Shown in pieces: positions 36,925 through 45,959 of a stretch of 64,000 nt of DNA. The stretch comes from Chloroflexia bacterium (GTDB lineage Bacteria > Chloroflexota > Chloroflexia > QHBQ01): the NCBI GenBank assembly GCA_038230695.1, contig JBBRMT010000001.1, positions 132 to 64,131 of the forward strand. Direction: 5' to 3'. Position 1 is the stretch's first letter; every line of letters begins with the position of its first letter. A program made the translations under genes and the position numbers. The notes below the pieces were generated by a model. That model worked only from the letters and a program-made list of their open reading frames with translations. It did no database searches and was not told the DNA's origin.

Positions 36925-37158
36925 CTACCAGCCCCTCCCGTTGCGGGCTACCCACATGGGAGCCTGATTCATCTGATACGAGCGGGTCAATGCGCTGTCG
37001 TAGCTCTGGTAGGAAGCCACTGGCATTGGGTTGATCGCAGAGGTGGCCTGTTGAAGCTGGCGGTCGGGCCGGGCAAAGTTGTTGTACAGGGTGTGGGCCT
37101 CGCCCTCGCGCTGCTCCTCATATTCGTGGAGCAAGCGGCGGATTATGCTGGATGTCAT
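36925..37158 (-). CDS. hypothetical small protein (77 aa)
   Basis: ORF with AAGGAAGAAAAGGAA upstream of the ATG. No domain recognised. Confidence 0.25.
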   Translation of the reverse strand: MTSSIIRRLLHEYEEQREGEAHTLYNNFARPDRQLQQATSAINPMPVASYQSYDSALTRSYQMNQAPMWVARNGRGW

Positions 37159-37542
37159 TTCCTTTTCTTCCTTTGCGGTCGGGGCGGGATGTTTTTGTTT
37201 TGCTTGCGCCCGACACCCTTATGATACTGCATCTGTGTGCGGCGGCGTATAAAGCGCTTTACAGACGGCGTGTAAAGTTGGCTACAGATAGGGAGGATAG
37301 AACCATGAAGCGCCAATCAGATTCGCCGCCATTGCGGACAACCGAGCAGCGCGGTTTCATCCCCGAAGATAAAGGGGAAGGCTGGGATGGCGAGTAGACC
37401 GAAGCTATATCCGATGCGCCAGCAATTACGACAGCGCGACGACCTACCCGGTTGTCGCGCCGTTTGGCAACTACGCCTGCTTATGGACACTCGAGGACGG
37501 CACCATGTGGCTTGGGGGAGCAGGTGGTATTTTGTTTAGGGA

Positions 37543-40057
37543 TTATTGATGCTTAGAAACTGGTCTGTTTCCAATGGGGGTGTTTGTTGGAGTTGGGTTA
37601 GTAACTCGGCGGATAGCATGAGCTATCATACTACTAATCTCATCCCGTCTAATATTATCATTGGGACGGAAACAGTGATCATTAGTGTCATTGCAAAGAT
37701 CGCCGTTTGTTATACCGGCATAGTGAATTGTCTCAATGGCATTAAAATCCCAGTCGGTGGAGAGTACATCTCTAAAAAAGCTTGCTTCTTGTCCGCCAGT
37801 AGGTGTAGAAGTGATTGTTAGGTACTTCCTAGCTCGGTAGATGGTAACCGCTAGCTGCCCACGAGTGACGGCTGCGTTGGGACTGAAAAGCCCGCCACCA
37901 ATGCCGTTCATTATCCCTACATGATTCACCGCCTCGATGTACTGATAGGCCCAGTAGCTTGATGGTACATCAGTAAAAGTGGGGCTTCCGGGCGTGAAAG
38001 TGGCTACACCGTATGCAAGACAGAGTATCTTGGCAAGTTGTGCACGGGTGACATTTTGGCTAGGGCCGAAAGCGCCACCACCAACACCAGACATCACTCC
38101 GCCACAAGCCAAAAACAGAATGTCCGTGGTAAAAACATTGCCGCTTATATCGTTAAAATTCGTAGTACAATAAGTGGGAAGGCTATTAACCGCATTGTTA
38201 GCGTTGATCAGACCCCACCCCATGCTGGTATCTGGTTGGTGGTAGTTGCCGAAGGTAGTGCTGTGTTCTATGTAATACTCTACCTCCCCTACTGTCATAT
38301 TTGGCCTCACAGACAGAAGCAAGGCGCTAGGCCGGTCACATGGGGAGCGGCCATGGAGGTGCCACCGTGTGTGTTGTAGCCGCTAGGGTCACAGAATATG
38401 TTACCCCCAGGGGGCGGAGTGTAGAGACATCCGGTCTTCGGTACACTAGAGCGAACATCGTCGCTAGGGGTGCCGTCCCTATTACCGCCAGGGGCCACTA
38501 CTTCAGGCTTTACGAGGTTTGTACTGGCATATGGAACCGCAGTCAAAGTTGGTATCAACGTAGGTGCAGGTCCTTCTGAACTGTAAGTCGCAAGCGCAAC
38601 ATTCCCGAATTGGTCAGGATGACCTACAGCTCCAACGCCAAAACCAAGGCGAAAGCTGGCAGGTCTGTCAATTGTTTGTGTGCCATGTACGTTGCCGGAA
38701 GCGAAGACAGTAGTGATGCCTGATGCTGCCAATGCATCCACTCCATCCAGCATCTCGATGTCTGTCTGATCGTTAGTTCCAAAGCTCCCATTAACAATGT
38801 TAGGTGCTTCGCCCGGCTCTGGGGTTCCTTGGAGGTTCTTTGGCCCTTTCATCCACGCCAAACATTGAGCGGCATTAAAGCTAAAAAAGCTGTTATTGTG
38901 GTCAATTGCTTTACAAGCTATCCACTGAGCAGCAGGTGCTACTCCAATCTAGTTAGTTCCATCAAGACCCAGGATAATGCCAGTTACATGGGTGCCGTGA
39001 CCCATATCGTCATACGGTGCGCTGTTGTTGTTCCCAACTGGGTCATACCAGTTGTATTCAGCTCCTGGGGTGGCCCCACGCCACTGACCAGCTACTGCCG
39101 GGTTCGATGGGTCCACCCCAGTGTCAATAACACCTACTGTAATCCCGTAGCCAAGAATCGGTGTAGGGCGGCCCCAAGCAGAGGGGGCGTTGATCAGGAT
39201 AATGTTCCATTCCCTGTCTGAGGCTGCGCTGGAGGTCCCGATAGGGAGGTATTAGGTTTTGTTTGCAAAGAGCTACGCTGCGTCGGCGTGCATCGGGGTG
39301 CAGATTGGGTAGGTTGGATCGTCGGGCTTGCGTTTGCATTAGGGTAGTAGTTGCCTGGATTAGATGACTCACCAGTTGCGTCTAGGTAGTGATAGTTTGG
39401 CTGCAAATAACCGATGTCATCGCGTGCGGCCAACACTTCAACCGCATGGGCTGTGCCTATAACATGGAATGAGTTCGGGCTGTCAAGGGCCGCGTACTGG
39501 CTTACCTCGCCTTCCTGCTCTAGTAGAATAATCGCGGCTTTGACCGCTGGCTGAGTGCGCTGGCTTACTTCAGTTATTCGGTCTTGAATGGTCTTACCTG
39601 CCTGAGTTTGACCCATTGAGCTAGTACCCTCAAGTGAAGGTTGCTCTTTGAGCAGCACAATAAAATCAACACTTTTGGGGTTATCCTTCATCGCCTTAGC
39701 CAAATCAGCATTGATCTTGTCTCTAGGATTAGGCGTTCCAGGTGTGCTTACTATGGTTGGTGAAGCAGGTGTGCTTACTATGGTTGGTGAAGTAGGTGTA
39801 TCTATGGTCGGAATAGGAGTAGGGTATATAAATGAAGCTATCGGGCTGGGTAGGAACGGCGTAGCGGTTGGCTGGCTAAGGTCAGCGGTGGGTGAGTCTA
39901 GGGCCGCCATCACTGAGGCGCATGGAGTGCCAGCAATACTATTGGTCGTTGAGGACTGAGTCCCTCCACTTGGGGGAGTTGAAGATGGAGCAGTACAAGC
40001 CACCAGCACGAGCGCCACCACCACCAGCGTATATACCTGAGTTCTAATCCTCTTCAT
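37543..40057 (-). pseudogene. decayed subtilase (peptidase S8) with 3 C-terminal SLH domains: lipoprotein signal and I9 propeptide (39194-40057), catalytic Asp/His segment, in-frame TAG at 38948-38950, Ser segment (38307-38861), then a -1 frameshift into the SLH part (37543-38322)
   Basis: Pieces read VGVIDTGVD…HGTHVTG…GTN*IGVAPAAQ…GTSMAAPHVTGLA|(frameshift)|LLLSVRPN…GWGLINANNAV followed by three SLH motifs. Lower GC than surroundings. Confidence 0.55.
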
Positions 40058-40465
40058 GTCCTTCTCCTTCTGTTCGGATAGCCTGCCCACCATCAAATAC
40101 GCATACGCAGGCGGATTGTACCACAAGCATGAGTAATCATCAATAGTACTTTTGGTGCCGTGCATCTAGTACCTGCGCGTGTCTACAGAATACAGACGAA
40201 CGAGCAGCAGGAAAAGTTCCGACCAAGGCGGACATAGTCCGTCCCTACGCACATAAATAAATACCTCGCTCACAAGGTTCTGATGGCGTTGTTGACCTAC
40301 CCTCAGCCCATGCCGGTGGGAGGGGAGAACATCAGAACTTTGTTTATCTGGCAATAAACGTTGCGTTTTGATGAACTGCATCCTATGCTTGACGCAATCT
40401 TGCGGTAGGGCTATAATAACCGTAGGCGAAGGCTGGCCTGGCAGACCAACCCTGGAGGTGCAGCG

Positions 40466-41041
40466 ATGGATAGTGCGGTACTAGAGCAAGCGCGAGCCGG
40501 TGATGCAGCGGCGTTCGCCGTGATCTACGAAACCTACAATCTGGCGATCCACAACTACGCCTATCGGCTGCTGGGCAACCAGGAGCAGGCCGACGATACC
40601 ACCCAGGAGACCTTCATCAAGGCGTACCAGAGCATCGGCAGCCTGCGTAACGAGGCGGGCTTGCAGGCGTGGCTATATCGCATCGCCTCCAACCTCTGCC
40701 TCGACGCGCTGCGGCGGCGCAAGGTGGTAGCGTGGCTGCCGTTGCGCGAGGAGCATAGCCGCGATGATACCCCGCCGCACGGGGTCAGCCTCGAACTCGT
40801 CGCGCCGCACGCCGATTTTGCCGCCGATTTCGCCGAGGCCGATGCGGTTCACGCCGTGCTAGCCCAGTTGCCCCCCCCACTGGCCGCCTGCCTGGTGTTG
40901 CGTAGCGTCGAGGGCTTCTCCTGCGACGAGATTGCCGAAATCCTGAAGATACCGCGTGGTACTGTCTGGAGCAGACTAGCGCGGGCGCGGGAACTGTTTG
41001 TCGCCGCCTACAATCATAGTGGGTCAGCGGGGGGCAAGTAG
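40466..41041 (+). CDS. ECF-type RNA polymerase sigma-70 family factor
   Basis: Region 2 QETFIKAYQSIGSLRNEAGLQAWLYRIASNLCLDALRRRK and region 4 LVLRSVEGFSCDEIAEILKIPRGTVWSRLARAREL. GGAGGT SD. Confidence 0.85.
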   Translation: MDSAVLEQARAGDAAAFAVIYETYNLAIHNYAYRLLGNQEQADDTTQETFIKAYQSIGSLRNEAGLQAWLYRIASNLCLDALRRRKVVAWLPLREEHSRDDTPPHGVSLELVAPHADFAADFAEADAVHAVLAQLPPPLAACLVLRSVEGFSCDEIAEILKIPRGTVWSRLARARELFVAAYNHSGSAGGK

Positions 41042-41044
41042 CAA

Positions 41045-44000
41045 GTGGGCTGTCCAGCATATAAAGACCTGCTCTCGCGCTACATTGACAACGAACTAAG
41101 CAAGCGTGAGCGCGAGGAGCTACAGGCGCACCTGCAAGTATGCAGCCGGTGCAGCCACGCGCTGGCTAAGTACCGGCAGATGGAAGCATTGCTCGGCAGC
41201 AACGCAACCAAGCCTGCGCCCAAGCCCAACCCTGCCGTGCGCGACAAGGTGTTGGCCGCCATCGAGCAACAGCAGCGGCAGCGCAGCCCGCTCAGTCGCA
41301 TGATGCATGGCAATAGCACCCGCCGCTTCAGCATCGCACGGGTAGCCGGGCTGGTGGTAATCGTCGGCGCGTTGAGCATCACTGCCGTGTTGCTGGCGCA
41401 GAACCCGGCAGCGCGGGGACTGTTGGGCCACGTTGCCGACACGGCGGGCGAACCCTCACCCACCCCCGATGTCGCCTTGACCAAAGTGGCGCAGGCCAAC
41501 GCTACAGCGTTGGCCGTGGCGGCTCTGCCACCGGCGCACATCACCAGCGCTGCGCCAGTAAGCAGCCAGAATCAGCTGCTCAAATCCGCCGCCGTGCCGC
41601 TCGATGCCGCCATTGCTATCCGCTTCGATGCGCCCATGGAGCGGGCTTCAGTAGAGAGCGCCTGGCAGATCAGCCCGCCCATCCCCGGCAGCTTCGATTG
41701 GGTGGCCGACAACGAGGTTCACTTCATTCCCTACAACCTGGGCTACATCCCCGCAGTTACCTATACTCTGATGTTGAGCAGCGCCGCCCATGTGCTGGGC
41801 GGCGGCTCACTGGCCGCACCCTTCACCTACACCTGGGCGACCATCGCGCCGCCCGCGTTGGTTGGATATGACCCTCCAAACTTGTCCGCCAATGTGGCGC
41901 TCACCCAGAGCATCGCCCTTAGTTTCAGCCAGCCGATGCAGCATCCCAGCGTGCAGATGGCTTTCAGCGTCAGCCCCAGCATCGCGGGCAAGTGGGCGTG
42001 GAACGCAGATAACCAGCAGGCCAGCTTCACCCCCGACGCGAGCTGGCAGCCGAACACCGCATATGCGATCAGCCTTAGCCATATGGCCGCCAGCGCCGCC
42101 GCTGTGCCGCTGGGCAAGGATGCCAACTGGCAGTTCGTCACCACCGATGTTGCGAAGGTCACGTTTAGCGCCGCGCAGCCGGGGCTAACCCTGCCGCTAA
42201 TCGCGCTGCCAGCCGGGCTGAGTCACTACAACATTCCGTTCAGCTTCAGCCAGCCTGATAACAGCATTAGCCAGCTTGTCTTCCAGCTATCCGCCGTCAG
42301 CGGCGGCGACATTGCCGCCCTACCGAAGCTGAAGCTGCTGGCGAACAGCGCTGTTGCCGTAAACGGCGCGACTAGCTACAGCGGCACGCTGACCCTGCAA
42401 CTGCAAGTCGGGGTCTATTTGCTGGCCGCGCCGACCGGCCAGCAGGTCTATTTGCTGGTGGGCGATGAGCAGCTAGTGGCGAAGCAGGCAGGCAGCCAAC
42501 TGCTGTTGTGGACCACCCGCAACGGCAAGCCAGTAGCCGGACAGGAGTTGCAGATATACGATGCTGCCCACACCCTGCTTGATGCGGGGCGCAGCAGGGC
42601 GGATGGCCTTTACCTCACCAACCTGAATCCAGGGGCAACCCCGGCCCTGGTGTTGGCGATAGACGGCAAGGTGGCGCGGGCGGTTGCCTTTATCGGTGGG
42701 CAACCTGCCAGTGGTGGCAACGTGCAGATATATGCCTACACTGATCGCGCCGCCTACACTGCTGGCGATGCCCTGAACTTCAAGGTGGTGGTACGCTCCG
42801 GCGATGCCACTGCCTACCAGTTGCCGTCGGTTGATGCCAGCATCAACATGGCCCTTGCCGATGCCAGCGGCGCTAACCTCGCCAGCGTAATGTTGCGCCC
42901 CGACAGCTACGGGACGGTGGGCGGCAGCTTCCCCCTCGCGCCTACGTTGCGCCATGGCTGGTACACCCTCAGCGCGGCGACCCTGGGGCAGCAGCAGCAA
43001 CTAATGGTATATGTCTACCAACAGGGCGCGGTTTCCCAACCAATCACCATCAGCGAAACCTCACCGCTAACCGCCACCGCAGGCAGCTTGAGTGTCACCC
43101 TGAACAAGAGCGCGTACAACGTTGGCGACACTGCCACCCTGACCATCAGCAATGCGCCCACCGCCAACACGCCGGTACTGTTGACCGTGGAGCGTGGCGG
43201 TTTCATCCTATACCGTAGCGGGGTAATCAGCGGCAGCGCCACCATTGAGTTGCCGATTAGCGCAACTATGGCTCCAGCGGCGCGGGTGCAGGTTAGCCTG
43301 CTGACTACCAACGGGCCGATCAGCACGGGAGCCAATCTACACGTGCCACTGGGCCACACCCTCGCAGTGGTTATAACCCCTGACTCCAACGCCAGGCCGG
43401 GGCATAATGCCATCTTCACCGTATCGGTAAGCGACAATCAAGGCCAGCCGCTACCTGCAATCCTATCTCTCAGCGTGGGCGATGCCCCACCCAGCAGCGA
43501 CATCAGCGCCGCTTTCTATCCCACCATGGTTATGCCTGCGCCGCTATATAGCGCCGCGCTAGCCTCACCCTCCACTCAAGATGTAGTAAGGCTGGGAGCA
43601 GACTCCCTCCCCCAAGATAGGGGAGGGTTGGCTGCAAACCCCCTCCCCCAAGATAGGGGAGGGTTGGCTGCAAACCCCCTCCCCCAAGATAGGGGAGGGT
43701 TGGGGAGGGGGGTCGTGCCAGCCACCCAGCTTGCCTACTGGGGCGGCAGCCTGCTGGTGGGCGCAAGCGGGGTGGCGACTTATAGCGTAGCCCTGCCCAA
43801 CACGGCACGGGGCGACTGGTGGGCCACGGCGCGGGTGGTCGGCGCAGACAACCGCTTCGGCCAGGTCAGCGCCAGCTTCGCGCTCACTTCCCCGCTGCAG
43901 GTTGTGCCACTTGCGCCCACCAGCTTCGTGCAGGGCGATCGGGTCAATATCGGCGCGACGCTGATAAACCATACCAATGCGCCAGTCAGCGGCCAGATAA

Positions 44001-45958
44001 CCCTGAGTTCCGATGGCCTGACCTTGATTGACACCAAACCGGCGCAGCAGAGCGTCTCGATTGCGGCAGGGCAATCACAGACCATCACCTGGCGGGTGCA
44101 GGTGCGCCGCGCCCGCGCAGTGCGGATGGTGTTCGACTTCTTTGCCGATGATGCTAGCAACAAGGGACTGGCGATGCCGCTGGATAGCTCGGTGGATGTC
44201 AACGCTGCGGTGCAGCCCGCCACGCCGGAGCAGGTCAGCGCCAGCGCAGGGATGACCGCTGCCAGCGCGACGGTGACGGCGACGATGCAGCCAGAACCAG
44301 CCGCCGACCTGAGCAGTATGGAGATCGAGGTTGACCCCTCGATCGCATCGGCCCTGATTGGCAGCCTGGGGGCGGAGCTTGATGCCAATGCTTCAGGCAG
44401 TGAGGCGATGAGCGGGCTGGCGGCGGAGGCGGCCCAGTTGGATGATGCCTTCAGCCGCTTGCAGTACAGCAAGGCGGCTTTGCCAGGCTTCACCGAGGCA
44501 GTAGGCGCGGCGATGCAGGGCGTGTATACCAACCAGCAACCCGATGGCGGCTGGGGTGACAGTGGCGCGGGCAGTGAGGTGTGGACAACCGCTTTCACCC
44601 TGCACAATCTGGCCCGCATCCGCGATGCCGGGCAGGAAGTGGATACCCAGGTAACGGCGCGGGCGGTTGCCTGGCTGCGTCGCCAGTTGCCGCAGATGAC
44701 TGACGAGCAACGCGCTTATAGCTACTACGTGCTGGCTCTGTACGGCGCAGCGGATCTCAGTGAGGTGCGCCTGCTGCTGGCCCAGCCGCTCGACCACTTT
44801 GGCGCGGCGGCCCTGATCCTGGCGCTGCAACGGTTGGGCGACCGTGAGGCGGCGGTGTTGCTAGCGCATCAACTTTCGGTAGCGGCGACTATCAGCAATG
44901 GTGAACTGGCTAGCTGGCAGTCCGATGCGGTGGGCAGCGATGTGGCAACCGCCACCGCAGTCGAAGCCTTGCTCCAAACTGTGCCTAGCGATCCGCTAAT
45001 CAGTCGCGGGGTGAGCGGGCTGCTTGCGGCGCGGGTGAGCCGCCGCTGGGCAACGACGCGTTCGAGCAGCACGGCGTTTGCCACCCTGAACGATTACGCG
45101 ATTGAAACCAGCGATGGCCGCAACAGTGGCGTGCCATTGCGGGTCAACAACGATGTGCCATCACCACCGCAACCCGTTCACAATCCGATTGGCGGTTACA
45201 ACTTCAAGCTATACCTTAATGGTACGCTACTAACCGAGGTGGATGTGGATCCCAGCAACCTCAGCGCGGCGCATCGCCTGATCAGCCTGTCCACCGATAA
45301 GCTGCAAGCGCAGAATGTCATCCAGATAGTGAGTAGCGGCGGCAATCCCCTCTATTATGCGATTACCACCCATTATCGCCACAGCATCAACGCCAGTTTT
45401 ACTGCCAGCGACGATGATGCCCGCCGCTTCAGTCTGGAGAATCCCCGCGCCATCCCCTCAAACGCTAGCAACATTCTGAGCATCAGCCGCAGCTACCAGA
45501 ACCTCGACCATCCTGATGCCAACCAGATCGTTGTTGGCGATACGCTACGAGTCTTGCTCAATGTACAGGTGAGCAGCGATGCCGCGCCAGTGCTACAGGC
45601 GGTTGTCAACGATCCGCTGGCCGCAGGCTTCACCTTGATTGGGCCAGAGCAGGCAGCCCGTCCGCTGCGTAGTATGGGCAGCCGAGGTAGCCCTGATGGT
45701 GGCTTTAGCAGCGACAGCGCGATCGCCAACAGCGTCTACGCCAGCTTCAACCACGATGCGGGCAGCGTCAGCTTCAACGTGGCGCAGATGCAGCCGGGCG
45801 CAACCTATAACTTTAGCTATCTGGAGCAGGCCACCATAAGCGGCGACTTTTCCGCCCTGCCTGCGTCGGCCTATCCCGCCCAGCAACCCGATAGCGTGGC
45901 AACCTCAGCCAGCAACCTGATCAGCATAAATGCGCCCAGCAGCAAGGGACAGGAGTGA
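41045..45958 (+). CDS. anti-sigma factor (zf-HC2, single TM) fused to a ~1550-aa extracytoplasmic region: Big_5/SbsA-type Ig-like domains, macroglobulin (MG)-like domains, and an alpha-2-macroglobulin thioester-domain-like alpha/alpha toroid lacking the CGEQ thioester, ending in an A2M receptor-binding-like domain
   Basis: N-terminus MGCPAYKDLLSRYIDNELSKREREELQAHLQVCSRCSHAL (H-x3-C-x2-C). TM FSIARVAGLVVIVGALSITAVLLA. TED-like YTNQQPDGGWGDSGAGSEVWTTAFTLHNLARIRDAGQEVDTQVTARAVAWLRRQ (compare human A2M …YDGSY…NTWLTAFVLKTFAQAR…ALIWLSQRQ). The position expected for CGEQ reads SGSEA. GTG start 3 nt after the sigma stop. Confidence 0.7.
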   Translation: MGCPAYKDLLSRYIDNELSKREREELQAHLQVCSRCSHALAKYRQMEALLGSNATKPAPKPNPAVRDKVLAAIEQQQRQRSPLSRMMHGNSTRRFSIARVAGLVVIVGALSITAVLLAQNPAARGLLGHVADTAGEPSPTPDVALTKVAQANATALAVAALPPAHITSAAPVSSQNQLLKSAAVPLDAAIAIRFDAPMERASVESAWQISPPIPGSFDWVADNEVHFIPYNLGYIPAVTYTLMLSSAAHVLGGGSLAAPFTYTWATIAPPALVGYDPPNLSANVALTQSIALSFSQPMQHPSVQMAFSVSPSIAGKWAWNADNQQASFTPDASWQPNTAYAISLSHMAASAAAVPLGKDANWQFVTTDVAKVTFSAAQPGLTLPLIALPAGLSHYNIPFSFSQPDNSISQLVFQLSAVSGGDIAALPKLKLLANSAVAVNGATSYSGTLTLQLQVGVYLLAAPTGQQVYLLVGDEQLVAKQAGSQLLLWTTRNGKPVAGQELQIYDAAHTLLDAGRSRADGLYLTNLNPGATPALVLAIDGKVARAVAFIGGQPASGGNVQIYAYTDRAAYTAGDALNFKVVVRSGDATAYQLPSVDASINMALADASGANLASVMLRPDSYGTVGGSFPLAPTLRHGWYTLSAATLGQQQQLMVYVYQQGAVSQPITISETSPLTATAGSLSVTLNKSAYNVGDTATLTISNAPTANTPVLLTVERGGFILYRSGVISGSATIELPISATMAPAARVQVSLLTTNGPISTGANLHVPLGHTLAVVITPDSNARPGHNAIFTVSVSDNQGQPLPAILSLSVGDAPPSSDISAAFYPTMVMPAPLYSAALASPSTQDVVRLGADSLPQDRGGLAANPLPQDRGGLAANPLPQDRGGLGRGVVPATQLAYWGGSLLVGASGVATYSVALPNTARGDWWATARVVGADNRFGQVSASFALTSPLQVVPLAPTSFVQGDRVNIGATLINHTNAPVSGQITLSSDGLTLIDTKPAQQSVSIAAGQSQTITWRVQVRRARAVRMVFDFFADDASNKGLAMPLDSSVDVNAAVQPATPEQVSASAGMTAASATVTATMQPEPAADLSSMEIEVDPSIASALIGSLGAELDANASGSEAMSGLAAEAAQLDDAFSRLQYSKAALPGFTEAVGAAMQGVYTNQQPDGGWGDSGAGSEVWTTAFTLHNLARIRDAGQEVDTQVTARAVAWLRRQLPQMTDEQRAYSYYVLALYGAADLSEVRLLLAQPLDHFGAAALILALQRLGDREAAVLLAHQLSVAATISNGELASWQSDAVGSDVATATAVEALLQTVPSDPLISRGVSGLLAARVSRRWATTRSSSTAFATLNDYAIETSDGRNSGVPLRVNNDVPSPPQPVHNPIGGYNFKLYLNGTLLTEVDVDPSNLSAAHRLISLSTDKLQAQNVIQIVSSGGNPLYYAITTHYRHSINASFTASDDDARRFSLENPRAIPSNASNILSISRSYQNLDHPDANQIVVGDTLRVLLNVQVSSDAAPVLQAVVNDPLAAGFTLIGPEQAARPLRSMGSRGSPDGGFSSDSAIANSVYASFNHDAGSVSFNVAQMQPGATYNFSYLEQATISGDFSALPASAYPAQQPDSVATSASNLISINAPSSKGQE
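43605..43703 (+). repeat. 2.7 tandem copies of a 36-bp unit (CCCTCCCCCAAGATAGGGGAGGGTTGGCTGCAAACC) in frame within the anti-sigma/A2M-like CDS; each unit can form an 8-bp GC hairpin (CCCTCCCC/GGGGAGGG)
   Basis: Seen directly; copies start at 43605, 43641 and 43677 and encode LPQDRGGLAANP repeats. Confidence 0.8.
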
Positions 45959-45959
45959 T

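Noticed and set aside
43605-43703. Considered whether the 36-bp hairpin-forming tandem repeats could be a CRISPR array
   Set aside because: There are no spacers; the units are directly adjacent. Only 2.7 copies, in frame within a long CDS, with no cas genes nearby.
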